In this document: positions 1 to 10,362 of the stretch, piece by piece | Layout of the letters: the number at the start of each line of letters is the position of its first letter | Numbering within the stretch: position 1 is the first letter of the stretch | Assembly (NCBI GenBank): GCA_963835065.1 | Contig: CAWIEK010000011.1 | Span: 32,001-96,000 of the forward strand | Source of the DNA: an uncultured Chthonomonadaceae bacterium | GTDB lineage: Bacteria; Armatimonadota; Chthonomonadetes; Chthonomonadales; Chthonomonadaceae | DNA length: 64,000 nucleotides | Direction of reading: 5' to 3' | Program-made: the position numbers and the translations under genes | Notes under the pieces: model-generated | Told to the model about the DNA's origin: nothing | What the model saw: only the letters and a program-made list of their open reading frames with translations | The model's database searches: none

Positions 1-1223
1 CGCACAGCCGGAGCCACGCCGAACAACACGCCCACAGCGGTACAAACGGCTAAAGCCAACCCGATAAGCTGCCACGTAATAATAGGCGTCAGCGGCGAGT
101 AGTGGGCGACGAGCCGGCAAATAACTTCGGAAATCAGCAGGCCGATGACGCCGCCGAGCAGGGAAAGCACAATCGCCTCAATTAAAAACTGTATGAATAT
201 GTCACTGCGCCGCGCCCCGACAGTTTTTCTTACGCCGATTTCGCGCGTCCGTTCCGTCACAGTGACAAGCATGATGTTCATAATGCCGACGCCCGCCACA
301 AACAGCGAAATGCCCGCAATCAGACCCAGCAGCGACTGCGCCATGTTCAGGATATGAATCACGAGCGCCAGTCCCTTTTCTTGCGTGATTACGCCGAAAT
401 CTTCGTGGCCGTCATGCGCTCGCATCATGGCGGCATTGATTTGCGCGTCCATTTTTTCCGCCGGGTGCTGGTAATCGGTTTCCAGCACAATGCGGTTCAC
501 CTGGCTGTTCGGCAGCAGTTTCTTGAGTTTATCGGAAGGCAGGTAAACCAGCGTGTTTAGCGCAAGAAGCGAACTGCCGAGCGAACCGCCCGCATCCGGC
601 TTGCCCAACACGCCAACCACTTTCCAGTCGTGCCCCTGAACGTGAATCATTTTCCCCAGCGCGGGACCGCTGCCGAACAAATCCTGGCGCGGGCGATAGC
701 CCAAAATGCACACCTGTCCGTCGCCATCCTCGTAATAGCGGCCTTCCGACAGGCGCGTGGGGTTCATCTGAACGCCCACTTTGTTGGTGGCAACCACCAT
801 CGCGCCGGCGGTCTTTTTGGCGGCGCCTTCAATACTGCCCGCCACGATGTACACGGGGGAGATTTTCGCCACGCCCGCCACGCCGCGCAGAGCCGTGACA
901 TCCTCTTCGGACAGGGTGGAAAGTCCGGCCAAGGCTCCGGGATTGGGCTGCCCGTTTTCATCCAGCTTGCCGGGCACAACAATCACGAGGTTGGTTCCCA
1001 ACCCCTCCACCTGCTTGCGGATTTCCACTTTCACGCCCTGCAAAATGGCGATCAGCGTGACAATGGCAATCATGCCGATCACGATGCCGGTCAGGGTCAG
1101 GGCGGAGCGCAGGCCGTTTTGCACAAGCGCGTGAAGCGCGGCGCGAATGTTGTCACTCAGCGAGGCGACCGCCCGACGCGCAGTGACGCGGGCGGCAGGA
1201 ACATAGTTGTCAGCTTCCAGCAT
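1..1223 (-). CDS. MacB/FtsX-family ABC transporter permease (3' end runs off the window)
   Basis: Translated by hand from ATG at 1223: MLEADNY...NGLRSALTLTGIVIGMIAIVTL..., with the family motif VTERTREIGVRKTVGARRSDIFIQFLIEA near the window edge. Missing from the ORF track because it is truncated. Confidence 0.9.
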   Translation of the reverse strand, partial: MLEADNYVPAARVTARRAVASLSDNIRAALHALVQNGLRSALTLTGIVIGMIAIVTLIAILQGVKVEIRKQVEGLGTNLVIVVPGKLDENGQPNPGALAGLSTLSEEDVTALRGVAGVAKISPVYIVAGSIEGAAKKTAGAMVVATNKVGVQMNPTRLSEGRYYEDGDGQVCILGYRPRQDLFGSGPALGKMIHVQGHDWKVVGVLGKPDAGGSLGSSLLALNTLVYLPSDKLKKLLPNSQVNRIVLETDYQHPAEKMDAQINAAMMRAHDGHEDFGVITQEKGLALVIHILNMAQSLLGLIAGISLFVAGVGIMNIMLVTVTERTREIGVRKTVGARRSDIFIQFLIEAIVLSLLGGVIGLLISEVICRLVAHYSPLTPIITWQLIGLALAVCTAVGVLFGVAPAV

Positions 1224-1505
1224 AATGGACGTAAATAGACTTTCGTTGTTGCAGGTTAATCGCGTTCATAGCGCGTTGCCAAACAGAGGTATAGCGAACG
1301 CGGGCGCAGTTCGACACGCGGAACTTCGCAGCGTACCTGCTTTCTATTACGCACAATCAGAGGAAATTGGCGTACTGACAGTGAAATACTTTGCTGAAAA
1401 GGAATTTGCAAGGGACAACCAACAGGTACGGTATCAACCTTATGCCATTTTACCATTACCCTCCCCATCATATAAATCTGTTGCCTTTTAAGCGGCGCAG
1501 CGCCA

Positions 1506-1747
1506 TGTTCAAAATCCGAACGCGCATCGGTAAAGCAACAAGGTGCTTGTGGGACATTGGCCGCCTTCTTGTGTGTCTTTTAGGCTCACCTTTGTACTTG
1601 GCGGGAATTATATTTACAATACCAATTGCTACTTTGGCACAAAAGTTTACAAGGTGTCCTGCATGCCAAGTCCGAGGGGAAGGCAGAATTCGCTTTCATG
1701 TCCGTTTTGGGTGGCTTGTTCGCATTGTAGAGTTTCGTTGCAATTAG
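1506..1747 (+). CDS. Small hypothetical membrane protein with a CxxC motif (possibly degraded)
   Basis: Hydrophobic segment followed by CPAC, in a low-GC patch. A possible continuation (CHKLLERK...) lies in another frame to 1836. Confidence 0.3.
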
Positions 1748-1872
1748 TGTGTCACAAACTATTGGAGCGCAAGGGGCAAAATTGGCAGGAAATTTCGGAG
1801 GAGCAACAATTACGAAGACGGCTGCAAGAACAGTAAAATCTTGATGTTGTGCGCGTCGAAAGGAGAAATTAC

Positions 1873-2199
1873 ATGCTGAATACGACACAACGCGAACATT
1901 TGAATCGCTTGCGCGAAGCAGAAATGCAGCGAACGCTCACAGCCACCGAACAAGCGGAACTTGCGGCATTGTTTCAAATCATTATAGATGCTGAAGCGGC
2001 TTACTTACAGCCGGCGATAGACGCAATGAAGCAGAAGCGAAAGCAAATGGAGGCGGAACTTGCGGAAGCGCAGAGTTTTCTACAACACAGTGAAGCCGCG
2101 TTAAGCCGTTCACGAATGGAATTAATGCTGCTGACTGAAGCCGTTTTAGCAAAGGATTGGCTTCGTCCTGAAGAGGATGAGGCATGGCGGGATTTATGA
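1873..2199 (+). CDS. Coiled-coil protein ending in a DUF2281-like antitoxin tail
   Basis: SD AAGGAG precedes ATG 1873. The C-terminus LAKDWLRPEEDEAWRDL matches the tail typical of antitoxins paired with PemK/MazF-like toxins. Confidence 0.6.
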   Translation: MLNTTQREHLNRLREAEMQRTLTATEQAELAALFQIIIDAEAAYLQPAIDAMKQKRKQMEAELAEAQSFLQHSEAALSRSRMELMLLTEAVLAKDWLRPEEDEAWRDL

Positions 2200-2210
2200 G
2201 TGAAATGTAT

Positions 2211-4922
2211 TTAGTAGATGTCGCCGACGCCGACGCCTAGTGCCTGCCCGGCGGGGCCGCGATTGAACTGACGGGTAGCGGGGAGGGCTTTGACGCGGAG
2301 GGCGAAGTAGATTTGGCGGTCGTTGTAAAAGCTGTTGGGGTTTTCGGAATAGGAGATGCTGGCTTCCAGACAGTCCCACTCGTGAATCAGTTCCGCTGCC
2401 CGCGACTCGAACAACCCCGTGCCGCCGTTAAAGCGCAATAGTCCCGAAAACCGCCAGCTATGCGCAAACGGAACGTCAAATTGCGTGTTGATCTGGCTGA
2501 ATTTGCGCCGGATGCCGGGCTGCTGCGGGTCTATGCGCGATACCAGATCAAAGGCGAAATCGTTTGCGCCGCGCAGACGCATTTGATTGGTGATGGCAAT
2601 GAATTTGCCCGTATTCGGGTCGTAACTGTCGAGCGAATCGAAGCGGACGCTGGTGCGGGGCTGCCACATCAGGCGCGTGGACAGTGTTTGAAACGGCCTG
2701 CCGCTGGTACGTCCCGATAAATCGTAGCCCGTCCGTAGCGTAGCCTGAAAATGCTTGTCGTCCAGATACCCGCCTTCGGCTGTCAGGTAATGCGAATGGG
2801 TGTACTGGTCGAACGTGAACGGCGTCCCGCCTTCGGGCTGATCGTAAAAATAGTTAAGGTCGAAGCCGCTGCGCCCCAAAACGTGCTGCCGGAGCCGCGT
2901 ATTGTTGCGGGTTTCGTACTGCGCCGCGCCGTCGCCATAAATGCGCTGCTCGAAACCTCCCCCCGTGACCAGTTCCGTCCGCCCGCGCATAACCGTAATC
3001 TGCGGAATGTTGAAGCCAAGCAGCAGGCGCTCGGTAAAGGTTTTGCTGGCCGGCTCGTTGAATTGGCCCAGATCGGCGGTGAACGTCGTCGGCAGTTGCC
3101 GCAATAGCCCGCCCTTGAAGTTGATGGTATCGGCGGTAAACTGAAATTCAGGCAGTTTTTCCAGCGTACCGATAGAAGTCCCCGCCGATTGAACGCCAAT
3201 CGGGGTACTCTTGTTTGTCATAAACGTGTACTGATACTCGCGGGACGTGTGCTGAAACTGGAATTGCGTGTCCGCCCGCGCCGTGCGGTTGATGGTTTCG
3301 CTGGCCGGTGTCGTGTCCGTCGCAAGGATGGACTGCGTGTTCAGCAGGCGGGAAACGTCTATCTGGTAGGACAGCGAGTTGCGGTTTGTCCCCTGTGAGG
3401 CAAACTGAAACGAGTTGCGCAGGCTGCCGGAAATCTGGTTTGTGGAATAGGTTGGCGAGTCGTTGGTTTGTATGTTGATGGAGCCGAGCAGATTGACGCC
3501 ATGTACGCTGTCGTCGTGCGCAAGATCGAAGCGCGTGTTTTGCGTGGTCTGCCCGCTGGAAACGAGATAACTCTGTTTGGTTAATTCCGTGCTGAAGCCG
3601 AAGCGGTTGTCGCTGCCAAACCCCTGCTGATGCCGAAAACTCGTGGTAAAGTTGCGGTTGAAGCCGCTGCTCGTATACCCCTGAATGGTGAACAAGCCGC
3701 CGCTTGCCGGGCCAAGCCCCGTGCCCAATTGCGGCAGGCGCGGCCCGATGTTGCCGTACCCATACGCCGAAGTGAAGGCTCCGCCCGGATCGCTGCTCAG
3801 GCTGCCCGAACCGCTGAACCCGCCGCCGTAGCCATACCCGGACGTGTCGAACGCGCGAGCCTGCTTGCCCGCGAGATACTCCTGCTCGAAACGCAGCCGC
3901 TCGCCCAGTTTCTGTGTGGCGCTGACCTGCACATAACTGGCTGCGTCCTGCCCGATGGGGAATTCGTAGGGGAAGCGTCCATAATAACCTTCCTGCACAT
4001 TCTGGCCGAATTCGGGAAAGTAATTGGGGCGGCGGGCGCGTTTTGGCGGCTTCCGGTCGAGCGGGATAACGATGTAGGGGATGGTGATCAATTTCACGCC
4101 GAACAAAATCACGCTTGTCTGGTGCAGCACGATGCGTTGACCGGGATATAAAACAGCATCCCGCGACCTTAGCAGGTAATGGGGATTCGGCTCAATACAG
4201 GTTGTTTCCGTAGTATTGTCGGCAAACGTGTTGCCCTGCCGATTGCCGAACAGGTCACGCCCTGTCACAAACACATTGTCGTACACGCGATTTTGCAGCA
4301 CGTCCGGCGACAGCGTGGTACGCAGATTGTCCAGCCGATAGCGCCGCGTCTGTGGATAAAAATGAATGGTATCCGCGTAAGCGGTGGTTGTCGGCGTGAC
4401 AATGCGCGGATTGCCGCTGAACACCAATTCGTTGCTGAGGTTGCCTTCCACGCGGTCCGCAGATATGGTTATGCCTCTGTATTTGATGGTGACGCCGTTT
4501 TCCGCGACAATGTTTCCCAATGGATCCTGGCTATACTGTCCCGCCGACACTGTGAGTTCCGGTATCTCCGGCGCAGTATTGTTAGGCGTGGCTTGATCGG
4601 CAGGGGAGGGAGCTTGCGATTGCCGATTGGGGATTGGGGATTGTGGATTGGGGATTGTAGATTGCGGATTGCCGCTCGGTGCTTGTGGGCTGTCCGCACT
4701 TGGCTTTGGAGCATTGCCTGGAGATGGCGGCTGTACTTCCATATTCTCCCCTGTTCCCTGTTCCCTGTTCCCTGTTCCCTTCTTCTCTTCCCCAACAGGC
4801 GTGACCAAAGCGGCCTTCTCCTGGGCGGTGGCGAGGCCGGGAAGCAGCAGGGCATACATAGCCAGCAGCGCAGCGCGGGGGGGAACGGCGCGGGGGCGAC
4901 GGATGGGTGGGAACAGCGTCAT
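2211..4922 (-). CDS. lptD: LptD-like outer-membrane beta-barrel assembly protein
   Basis: Signal peptide, OstA-like beta-jellyroll region, TTC...PHY motif, FGVKLITIPY segment and a long amphipathic barrel ending in aromatic strands. The start codon is uncertain (4949 or 4922). Confidence 0.7.
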   Translation of the reverse strand: MTLFPPIRRPRAVPPRAALLAMYALLLPGLATAQEKAALVTPVGEEKKGTGNREQGTGENMEVQPPSPGNAPKPSADSPQAPSGNPQSTIPNPQSPIPNRQSQAPSPADQATPNNTAPEIPELTVSAGQYSQDPLGNIVAENGVTIKYRGITISADRVEGNLSNELVFSGNPRIVTPTTTAYADTIHFYPQTRRYRLDNLRTTLSPDVLQNRVYDNVFVTGRDLFGNRQGNTFADNTTETTCIEPNPHYLLRSRDAVLYPGQRIVLHQTSVILFGVKLITIPYIVIPLDRKPPKRARRPNYFPEFGQNVQEGYYGRFPYEFPIGQDAASYVQVSATQKLGERLRFEQEYLAGKQARAFDTSGYGYGGGFSGSGSLSSDPGGAFTSAYGYGNIGPRLPQLGTGLGPASGGLFTIQGYTSSGFNRNFTTSFRHQQGFGSDNRFGFSTELTKQSYLVSSGQTTQNTRFDLAHDDSVHGVNLLGSINIQTNDSPTYSTNQISGSLRNSFQFASQGTNRNSLSYQIDVSRLLNTQSILATDTTPASETINRTARADTQFQFQHTSREYQYTFMTNKSTPIGVQSAGTSIGTLEKLPEFQFTADTINFKGGLLRQLPTTFTADLGQFNEPASKTFTERLLLGFNIPQITVMRGRTELVTGGGFEQRIYGDGAAQYETRNNTRLRQHVLGRSGFDLNYFYDQPEGGTPFTFDQYTHSHYLTAEGGYLDDKHFQATLRTGYDLSGRTSGRPFQTLSTRLMWQPRTSVRFDSLDSYDPNTGKFIAITNQMRLRGANDFAFDLVSRIDPQQPGIRRKFSQINTQFDVPFAHSWRFSGLLRFNGGTGLFESRAAELIHEWDCLEASISYSENPNSFYNDRQIYFALRVKALPATRQFNRGPAGQALGVGVGDIY
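4617..4672. repeat. In-frame heptamer tandem array (nGATTGn x8) inside the lptD-like gene
   Basis: cgattgc cgattgg ggattgg ggattgt ggattgg ggattgt agattgc ggattgc; encodes NPQSTIPNPQSPIPNRQS. Confidence 0.9.
4749..4779. repeat. In-frame heptamer tandem array (CCCTGTT x4) inside the lptD-like gene
   Basis: Direct reading; encodes GTGNREQGTG. Confidence 0.9.
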
Positions 4923-5079
4923 GTTCCTTCCAATAGGGTTGAACAGCATGGAAAGCAGGATAACTGGCTGTTATTATAGCACGTAGCGTCGAAAAGGAAC
5001 AAGGCAGAGGCCGTAATCAGAGTATAAATCGCTCCTACTTCTTGCGCGGATGCCGACGATCTTTACGTGACACCGAATT

Positions 5080-5751
5080 TTATGACGCTTCGGGGTCGGG
5101 GCGTGAAGATGCGGTGTTTGAACTCTCTTTCAACGCCTCCTGGTTGCGCCAGTAGATGCTGTTGGCGCGGATCATCAGTTTGTTGTCCACGAGATAGCGG
5201 CGCAGGGTGGCGAAATCCGGGTGGAAGCCTTTTAAGATTGCGCTGACTTCCTTTTCCGTGTAGTGGCGGCCCGGCTCGAATTCCTGAGCCAGCCGCCGCA
5301 AAACAATGAGTTGCTTTTTGCGCTGCGTGGGAATCTCTTTCAGGCGGTGATGAGTCACTTCAAATGTGCCTTCCGGCAGTTTCACCTGCTCGACACTCGC
5401 GCGCTGGAAGAACGTGTTGAGAATGTGTTTCTCGTACTCGTCTTCGGTTTCCTGCGCTTCTTCAGCGCCGGCTCTGCTTTTCAGGTCTTTCAGCAGCGCG
5501 TGGACGCCTTCCTGTGCCAATCGGTAATAGTGCGACGTGCCTTCCTGCCGCATATCCACCATGTTATTGTTGCGCAGCATCGTGAGATGCCATGATACCG
5601 TCGGCTCTTTTAATCCCAATTCTTCCGCCAACTCCTTGACCGTATACTCCCGTTCCGACAGCAACGCCAGCAGGCGAAAGCGGCTTTTATCCGCCAGCAC
5701 CTTCAAAAACTGCAAAATACGATCCAGTTCTTTCACATCAATCTGTACCAT
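5080..5751 (-). CDS. ArsR/SmtB-family regulator fused to a DUF2087 domain
   Basis: N-terminal LKVLADKSRFRLLALL...TVSWHL helix-turn-helix; C-terminal LKEIPTQRKK...YTEKEV...DFATLRRYLVD. SD GGAGG lies 6 nt before ATG 5751. Confidence 0.9.
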   Translation of the reverse strand: MVQIDVKELDRILQFLKVLADKSRFRLLALLSEREYTVKELAEELGLKEPTVSWHLTMLRNNNMVDMRQEGTSHYYRLAQEGVHALLKDLKSRAGAEEAQETEDEYEKHILNTFFQRASVEQVKLPEGTFEVTHHRLKEIPTQRKKQLIVLRRLAQEFEPGRHYTEKEVSAILKGFHPDFATLRRYLVDNKLMIRANSIYWRNQEALKESSNTASSRPDPEAS

Positions 5752-5785
5752 GTCCATCCTCCACTAGGATTAGATATTCACTTGT

Positions 5786-5839
5786 TTAGATGATCGTCTA
5801 ATTAGATAGGATTCTAACACAGTTGCTTGTGCTTGTCAA
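5786..5839 (-). promoter_or_regulatory. Sigma70 promoter with an adjacent palindromic operator (likely ArsR autoregulation)
   Basis: Minus strand TTGACA (5839-5834), 17 bp, then TAGAAT (5816-5811). Near-palindrome TTAGATGATCGTCTAA at 5786-5801 lies just downstream of the predicted start site. Confidence 0.75.
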
Positions 5840-5902
5840 GAAGAGCAAGAGATTTTCTCCTTGCCTCCTCTTTTTCTTTTTAGATTGCGCCCCACACACA
5901 AA

Positions 5903-5947
5903 AATCCCCTGCTTCCAGTAGGCAAGATTGCGAGGAAGCAGGGGATT
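5903..5947 (-). terminator. Intrinsic terminator
   Basis: 14-bp inverted repeat AATCCCCTGCTTCC/GGAAGCAGGGGATT followed by Ts on the minus strand, just after the stop of 5962..6864. Confidence 0.7.
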
Positions 5948-5961
5948 AGCAAACACAAACC

Positions 5962-6864
5962 TTATTGGGATTGCATGATGCGATAATTGTATGTCAGCAT
6001 CAGATCATCTTTTGCCGTTGGTCGCCAATTGGTACGGACGAAATGCAGCGTTTTGCCCTGTGCCTGCGGCGCGCAGGGACCTTTCCACGTAACAGCATTA
6101 GGGCTAATCGAGTTGACGTGCAATTCGTTAGGATAGGTTTTCGAGATTGTGTTCAGCGGTATCAATTGGAGTGGCTGCGGTATTGCTTTGGAGCGGAAGG
6201 TGATGTTTACTTCCGAACGGCCTATGTTGCCGTGCCACGAGGAGCCGGTATGAAGCGTGTAGGCGACTTGTTTCATGTAGCCGTTCTTGCCCCCATCCAG
6301 AGAGAATATGCCGCCGCCTAATCTTTGCGTATAAACGTCGTGAATTCGCCGGACGCTATGCGCGGGAAATCCTACCTGCTTGGTGTGCCAGTAGTGTCCC
6401 TCCTCGTTGGCGCGAACCAACTTCGTTGCCACCAGATTACCGTCTACATAGGAGCGAAACGAGGTAAAGGTCGTGTGCGGCGGCGTATTCAGAACTTCTT
6501 TGGGGTCTGCTTCCTCATCGGGATCGTTCGCGCCCTCTCCTTCATCGGGAAAGCCCATGCGGACGGCGCAGGCCGGCCCCGAATTCGTGAACACAAACCG
6601 GCAGTCCACCGTGTATTTGTCTTTATCCACCACGATGTTGATGACTTCGCTGGTCATGGTTACGGAGGGATGCCCGGACAACAGGCGCGGCGACCCGCCC
6701 ATCGAAATGCCGCCGTCGTTGGCAAGCGCTTGCGTGGCAACGCTGCCCAAAGCGCAGACACCGACAATGCTGACAAACAGAGTACGAAATGAAAGCAATT
6801 CACGCGCGATCAAACGTATGGAGAACATGGAATTTTGCCTCCCGCAATGGTACTGGTAACGCAC
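5962..6864 (-). CDS. Secreted DUF4424-like protein
   Basis: Signal peptide ending ALA-NDGG, then MTSEVINI...VDCRFVFTN...MGFP and YTLHTGSSWHGNIG. The true start is probably downstream of 6864. Confidence 0.65.
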   Translation of the reverse strand: MRYQYHCGRQNSMFSIRLIARELLSFRTLFVSIVGVCALGSVATQALANDGGISMGGSPRLLSGHPSVTMTSEVINIVVDKDKYTVDCRFVFTNSGPACAVRMGFPDEGEGANDPDEEADPKEVLNTPPHTTFTSFRSYVDGNLVATKLVRANEEGHYWHTKQVGFPAHSVRRIHDVYTQRLGGGIFSLDGGKNGYMKQVAYTLHTGSSWHGNIGRSEVNITFRSKAIPQPLQLIPLNTISKTYPNELHVNSISPNAVTWKGPCAPQAQGKTLHFVRTNWRPTAKDDLMLTYNYRIMQSQ

Positions 6865-7272
6865 GTTGAATGGACAGGAATAACGGCTGTGTTGATCCCT
6901 GCCTCAATATACGGCTAAAGCCGCGCTGCCGCTACAACATTTTAATGCGCTGACTGTGAAATTTTTAATACGCGGATTGTGAATTTGACCACACATTCAA
7001 TACTCAAATTTAAGATTGCTGTAAATGTTGGATATTCTGTTGTCGGCTTTCCGTATCAAGGGCTAATCGTGGTATAATTGGGCAAGCAGGACTGCCGCGA
7101 CGCTGCCGAAACAGGTTCTCCGCCCGCGCCCTCTTTTGTTTCCACTCAAGAGCCGTTTCCGTTCCTTTTTCGCCTGCCGCCGCCCTATACCAAATAAGCA
7201 AGCCCTGCAGCGTAAGCCTCCGGCCGGGAATGTGCCCCGGAGTTTGTGGAAAGTGGGTGGAATTATTAACTC

Positions 7273-8530
7273 ATGGTACGAAAGAATTTTAAGCAATTAT
7301 TCAGTATCGCGCTGGCCGCTTTATTCGGCATCTTCGGCCTGCTGATCGGCTTTGCGCTGTTAGGACAAATCCAGCAGCCGGAACCGCCGGGTGTGCTGAA
7401 CCTTTTCAAGGAAGCGACCAAAGACCGCCCCTACTATCTGAGCGCCATCGTCACGGCGGTAGGCATGATCGGCCTGCTGGCGGGCGGCGTGATTGCGCCT
7501 AAACTGGCGCAGCGGCTGATTGACGCGGGCAACGCCGTCGAGAACATGTCCGCTAAAGACAAAATCGCAGTCGGCATCGGAACCATTCTCGGACTTATTC
7601 TCGCCCTGTGCTTCCTGCTGCCGTCCCTGCTGATTTCCACCACGCCGCTTGCCCGCGTGATCAGCGTTCTGATTTCCGTCGTGCTGGCGGTTGCGTTCGT
7701 CTATCTGGGCATACGCGGCATTATGAGCATGAAGGACGAACTGCGCTTTGTCGGGACCGAGCGCCACGCCGGAACCCGAAGAAGTCAGCCCCACCGTGAA
7801 CTGCAAGATTCTGGATACCAACGTCATTATTGACGGGCGTATCGCGGATGTGTGCCGCACGGGATTTTTGGAAGGACCGCTGTACGTGCCCGGTTTCGTG
7901 CTGGAAGAATTGCAGCACATCGCGGATTCGGGCGACGGATTGAAGCGGGCGCGGGGACGGCGCGGCCTGGACATTCTGAACACAATGCAGAAGGAACTGC
8001 CGCTTATCGTCCGCACCTGGGACAAGGCGCTGGACAAAGCGTACCAGAACGAAGAAGTGGACACCAAACTGGTTCGGCTGGCGAAGGCGCTGGAAGGCAT
8101 GATCGTCACCAACGACTTCAACCTGAACAAAGTGGCGATGCTGCAAGGCGTACAGGTGCTTAATGTCAACGAACTGGCGAACGCGCTGAAACCGGTTGTC
8201 CTGCCCGGTGAAGTAATGGTAGTCGGCATTGTCAAGGAAGGCAAGGAGCCGAATCAGGGCGTGGCGTACCTGGACGACGGCACGATGATCGTGGTCGAGG
8301 ACGGCAGGCGCTATATCGGCGGGACGCAGGGCGTGATTGTCACCAGCGTTCTGCAAACGTCAGCGGGTAAAATGATCTTCGCCCGCGTCCGCACCGACGA
8401 CGATGGAGACGCCTTTGACTACAACGGAGAACGTGAAGCCCGTGGCGACAACCACAACGGCAGCGGCAACTACCAGACCAACAGTGGCAGTGGTTTTACC
8501 CGCCGCGGGCCAGGCAAGAAGGTTCGGTAG
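7273..8530 (+). CDS. yacL: Membrane PIN/TRAM-domain protein (YacL family), +1 frameshift near 7754
   Basis: Transmembrane N-terminus (7273..7833 frame) joins [13 protein letters not shown]...[11 protein letters not shown]...[10 protein letters not shown]...[14 protein letters not shown]...[16 protein letters not shown] (7748..8530 frame). Precedes ispD as in Bacillus. Confidence 0.9.
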
Positions 8531-9821
8531 CCCGGAAAACAAAATATGGGCGCTGCTGTCCGGGCGTCCGGTCATTGAGTGGACATTAGCCGCGTTTCAA
8601 AACCATCCGGGCGTGGACAGCATCACCATCGCCGCCGGGGAAAACGAAGTCGCGCGTCTGCGGGAAACGGCAACGCGCTTTTCCAAAGTAGCGGGCGTGG
8701 TTGTCGGCGGCGCGACGCGGGCCGAGTCCGTTCGCAACGGCCTGAACGCCATTCCCGCCGCTTCGGAACTGGTACTCGTCCATGACGCCGCCCGCCCGCT
8801 TGTAAGCGCGGAAGTGATTTCCCGTGTGATTGAAGCGACGGCGCGGATCGGCGCGTGTGTTCCCGGCCTGCCGCTGTCCGACACCGTGAAGCGAACGGAT
8901 GCCAACGGCCTTGTTCGCGCCACCATCCCCCGTTCCGTCACCAAAAACGCGGAAACGCTTTCCGGCCTGACCGCCGTACAAACGCCGCAAGGGGCGCGGG
9001 TTTCCCTGCTCCGGCAAGCCTACGCCCGCTATGATTTCGCGCAGGGTGAGCCAACCGACGAAGCCTCCTTAATCGAAGCCCTCGGCGAACCCGTTCAGGT
9101 GGTTTTGGGCGGCCCGCGCAATTTGAAGATCACCCGGCAGGAAGATGTTGCGCTTGCCGAGGCGTTGGGTGTTCAGGTGTTCGGGGTTTCAGGTGTTCAG
9201 GAAAATGCAAGCGCCAACTCTGCGCCTGCTGACAATGCAAACCTTTTCGCAGCGCCAACTGACAAGCCTGTGGCATCCGAACACCCAACGCCTGAACACC
9301 CGAACACCCGAACACCCGAACACCTGAACACCGAATACCGAACGGGCTTGGGCTACGACGTTCACGCTTTTGCCGAACCGGACGCGGGACGGAAATTGTT
9401 TTTGGGTGGCGTGGAGATACCGCATGACCGGGGATTGGAAGGGCACAGCGACGCGGACGTGCTGCTTCATGCGGTTTGTGACGCGCTATTGGGCGCGGCC
9501 TCGCTTGGCGACATCGGCATTTTGTTTCCCAACACGGACGAAGCGTACAGGGGAATTGCCAGCCTGAAATTACTGGAAGTGGTTGCGCAGCGTCTGGCGG
9601 AAGCAGGCTGGAAAATCGTCAACATAGACGCTACTGTGGTTGCCGAAGCGCCCAAACTGATGCCGCACCGAATTGCCATACAGCAGGCGATTGCAGATTG
9701 TCTCCACATCCACGCCGAACGTATCAGCGTCAAGGCGACCACTGCGGAAAAGTTAGGTTTCATCGGACGGCGCGAAGGCATGGAAGCAACAGCGATAGCA
9801 ACCATTGTTCGCAGCGTCTAA
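8403..9821 (+). CDS. ispDF: Bifunctional IspD/IspF (MEP pathway)
   Basis: IspD motifs [24 protein letters not shown] and NLKIT; IspF motifs [28 protein letters not shown] and [18 protein letters not shown]. Confidence 0.93.
   Translation: METPLTTTENVKPVATTTTAAATTRPTVAVVLPAAGQARRFGSPENKIWALLSGRPVIEWTLAAFQNHPGVDSITIAAGENEVARLRETATRFSKVAGVVVGGATRAESVRNGLNAIPAASELVLVHDAARPLVSAEVISRVIEATARIGACVPGLPLSDTVKRTDANGLVRATIPRSVTKNAETLSGLTAVQTPQGARVSLLRQAYARYDFAQGEPTDEASLIEALGEPVQVVLGGPRNLKITRQEDVALAEALGVQVFGVSGVQENASANSAPADNANLFAAPTDKPVASEHPTPEHPNTRTPEHLNTEYRTGLGYDVHAFAEPDAGRKLFLGGVEIPHDRGLEGHSDADVLLHAVCDALLGAASLGDIGILFPNTDEAYRGIASLKLLEVVAQRLAEAGWKIVNIDATVVAEAPKLMPHRIAIQQAIADCLHIHAERISVKATTAEKLGFIGRREGMEATAIATIVRSV
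9168..9332. repeat. Inverted 8-mer tandem-array element forming the IspD-IspF linker
   Basis: (GGTGTTCA/G)n at 9168-9201 and the reverse-complement (CC[T/C]GAACA)n at 9291-9332. Confidence 0.85.
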
Positions 9822-9843
9822 TCTCATTGGAGGAGTTGAACTC

Positions 9844-10095
9844 ATGCCGGACGATCCCAATGCAGCCCCGAACCCTAATGTCCTTTCGCGGGAACTCTAC
9901 AACCAAATTGTAGGGGGAGCCACCATACCCGTCTTATTATTTCTCATCTGGATGAGTTGGTTTCTCATCAACCGCTACATGAGTGTGGAGCGCAGACAGG
10001 AACGCCGCAACCGCGAGATACGCAGGGCGATTGCGGAACGGGAAGAGCGGTTCGGAAAACCCGCAGGGGAGAAGGAAACCCCGGAAGATAGTTAG
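9844..10095 (+). CDS. Small single-pass membrane protein
   Basis: SD GGAGGAG before ATG; one transmembrane helix followed by a charged tail. Confidence 0.6.
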   Translation: MPDDPNAAPNPNVLSRELYNQIVGGATIPVLLFLIWMSWFLINRYMSVERRQERRNREIRRAIAEREERFGKPAGEKETPEDS

Positions 10096-10362
10096 AAGTT
10101 GCCTGAATGTGTGAGTTATTTCACTGCGCTTGTATGCAAAAATTCCTTGTCAAATTACCGGATGTGTGGTAACTTGAATTATCAGTTTGCTGCACTCACA
10201 TTATTGGCTTTGCTTTCGCAGCGTCAATGTTACTTTCTTGAACTATTTTCTTGATGTGCGTCTCTCCCGATGGAGGCGTTATAGCGTAAAGGAAGGGAAC
10301 CGATAAGCCTTGATGCTCCGATTTCCTTCTTCCGCTTCCCTCACATTCGTGGAGAACGTACC

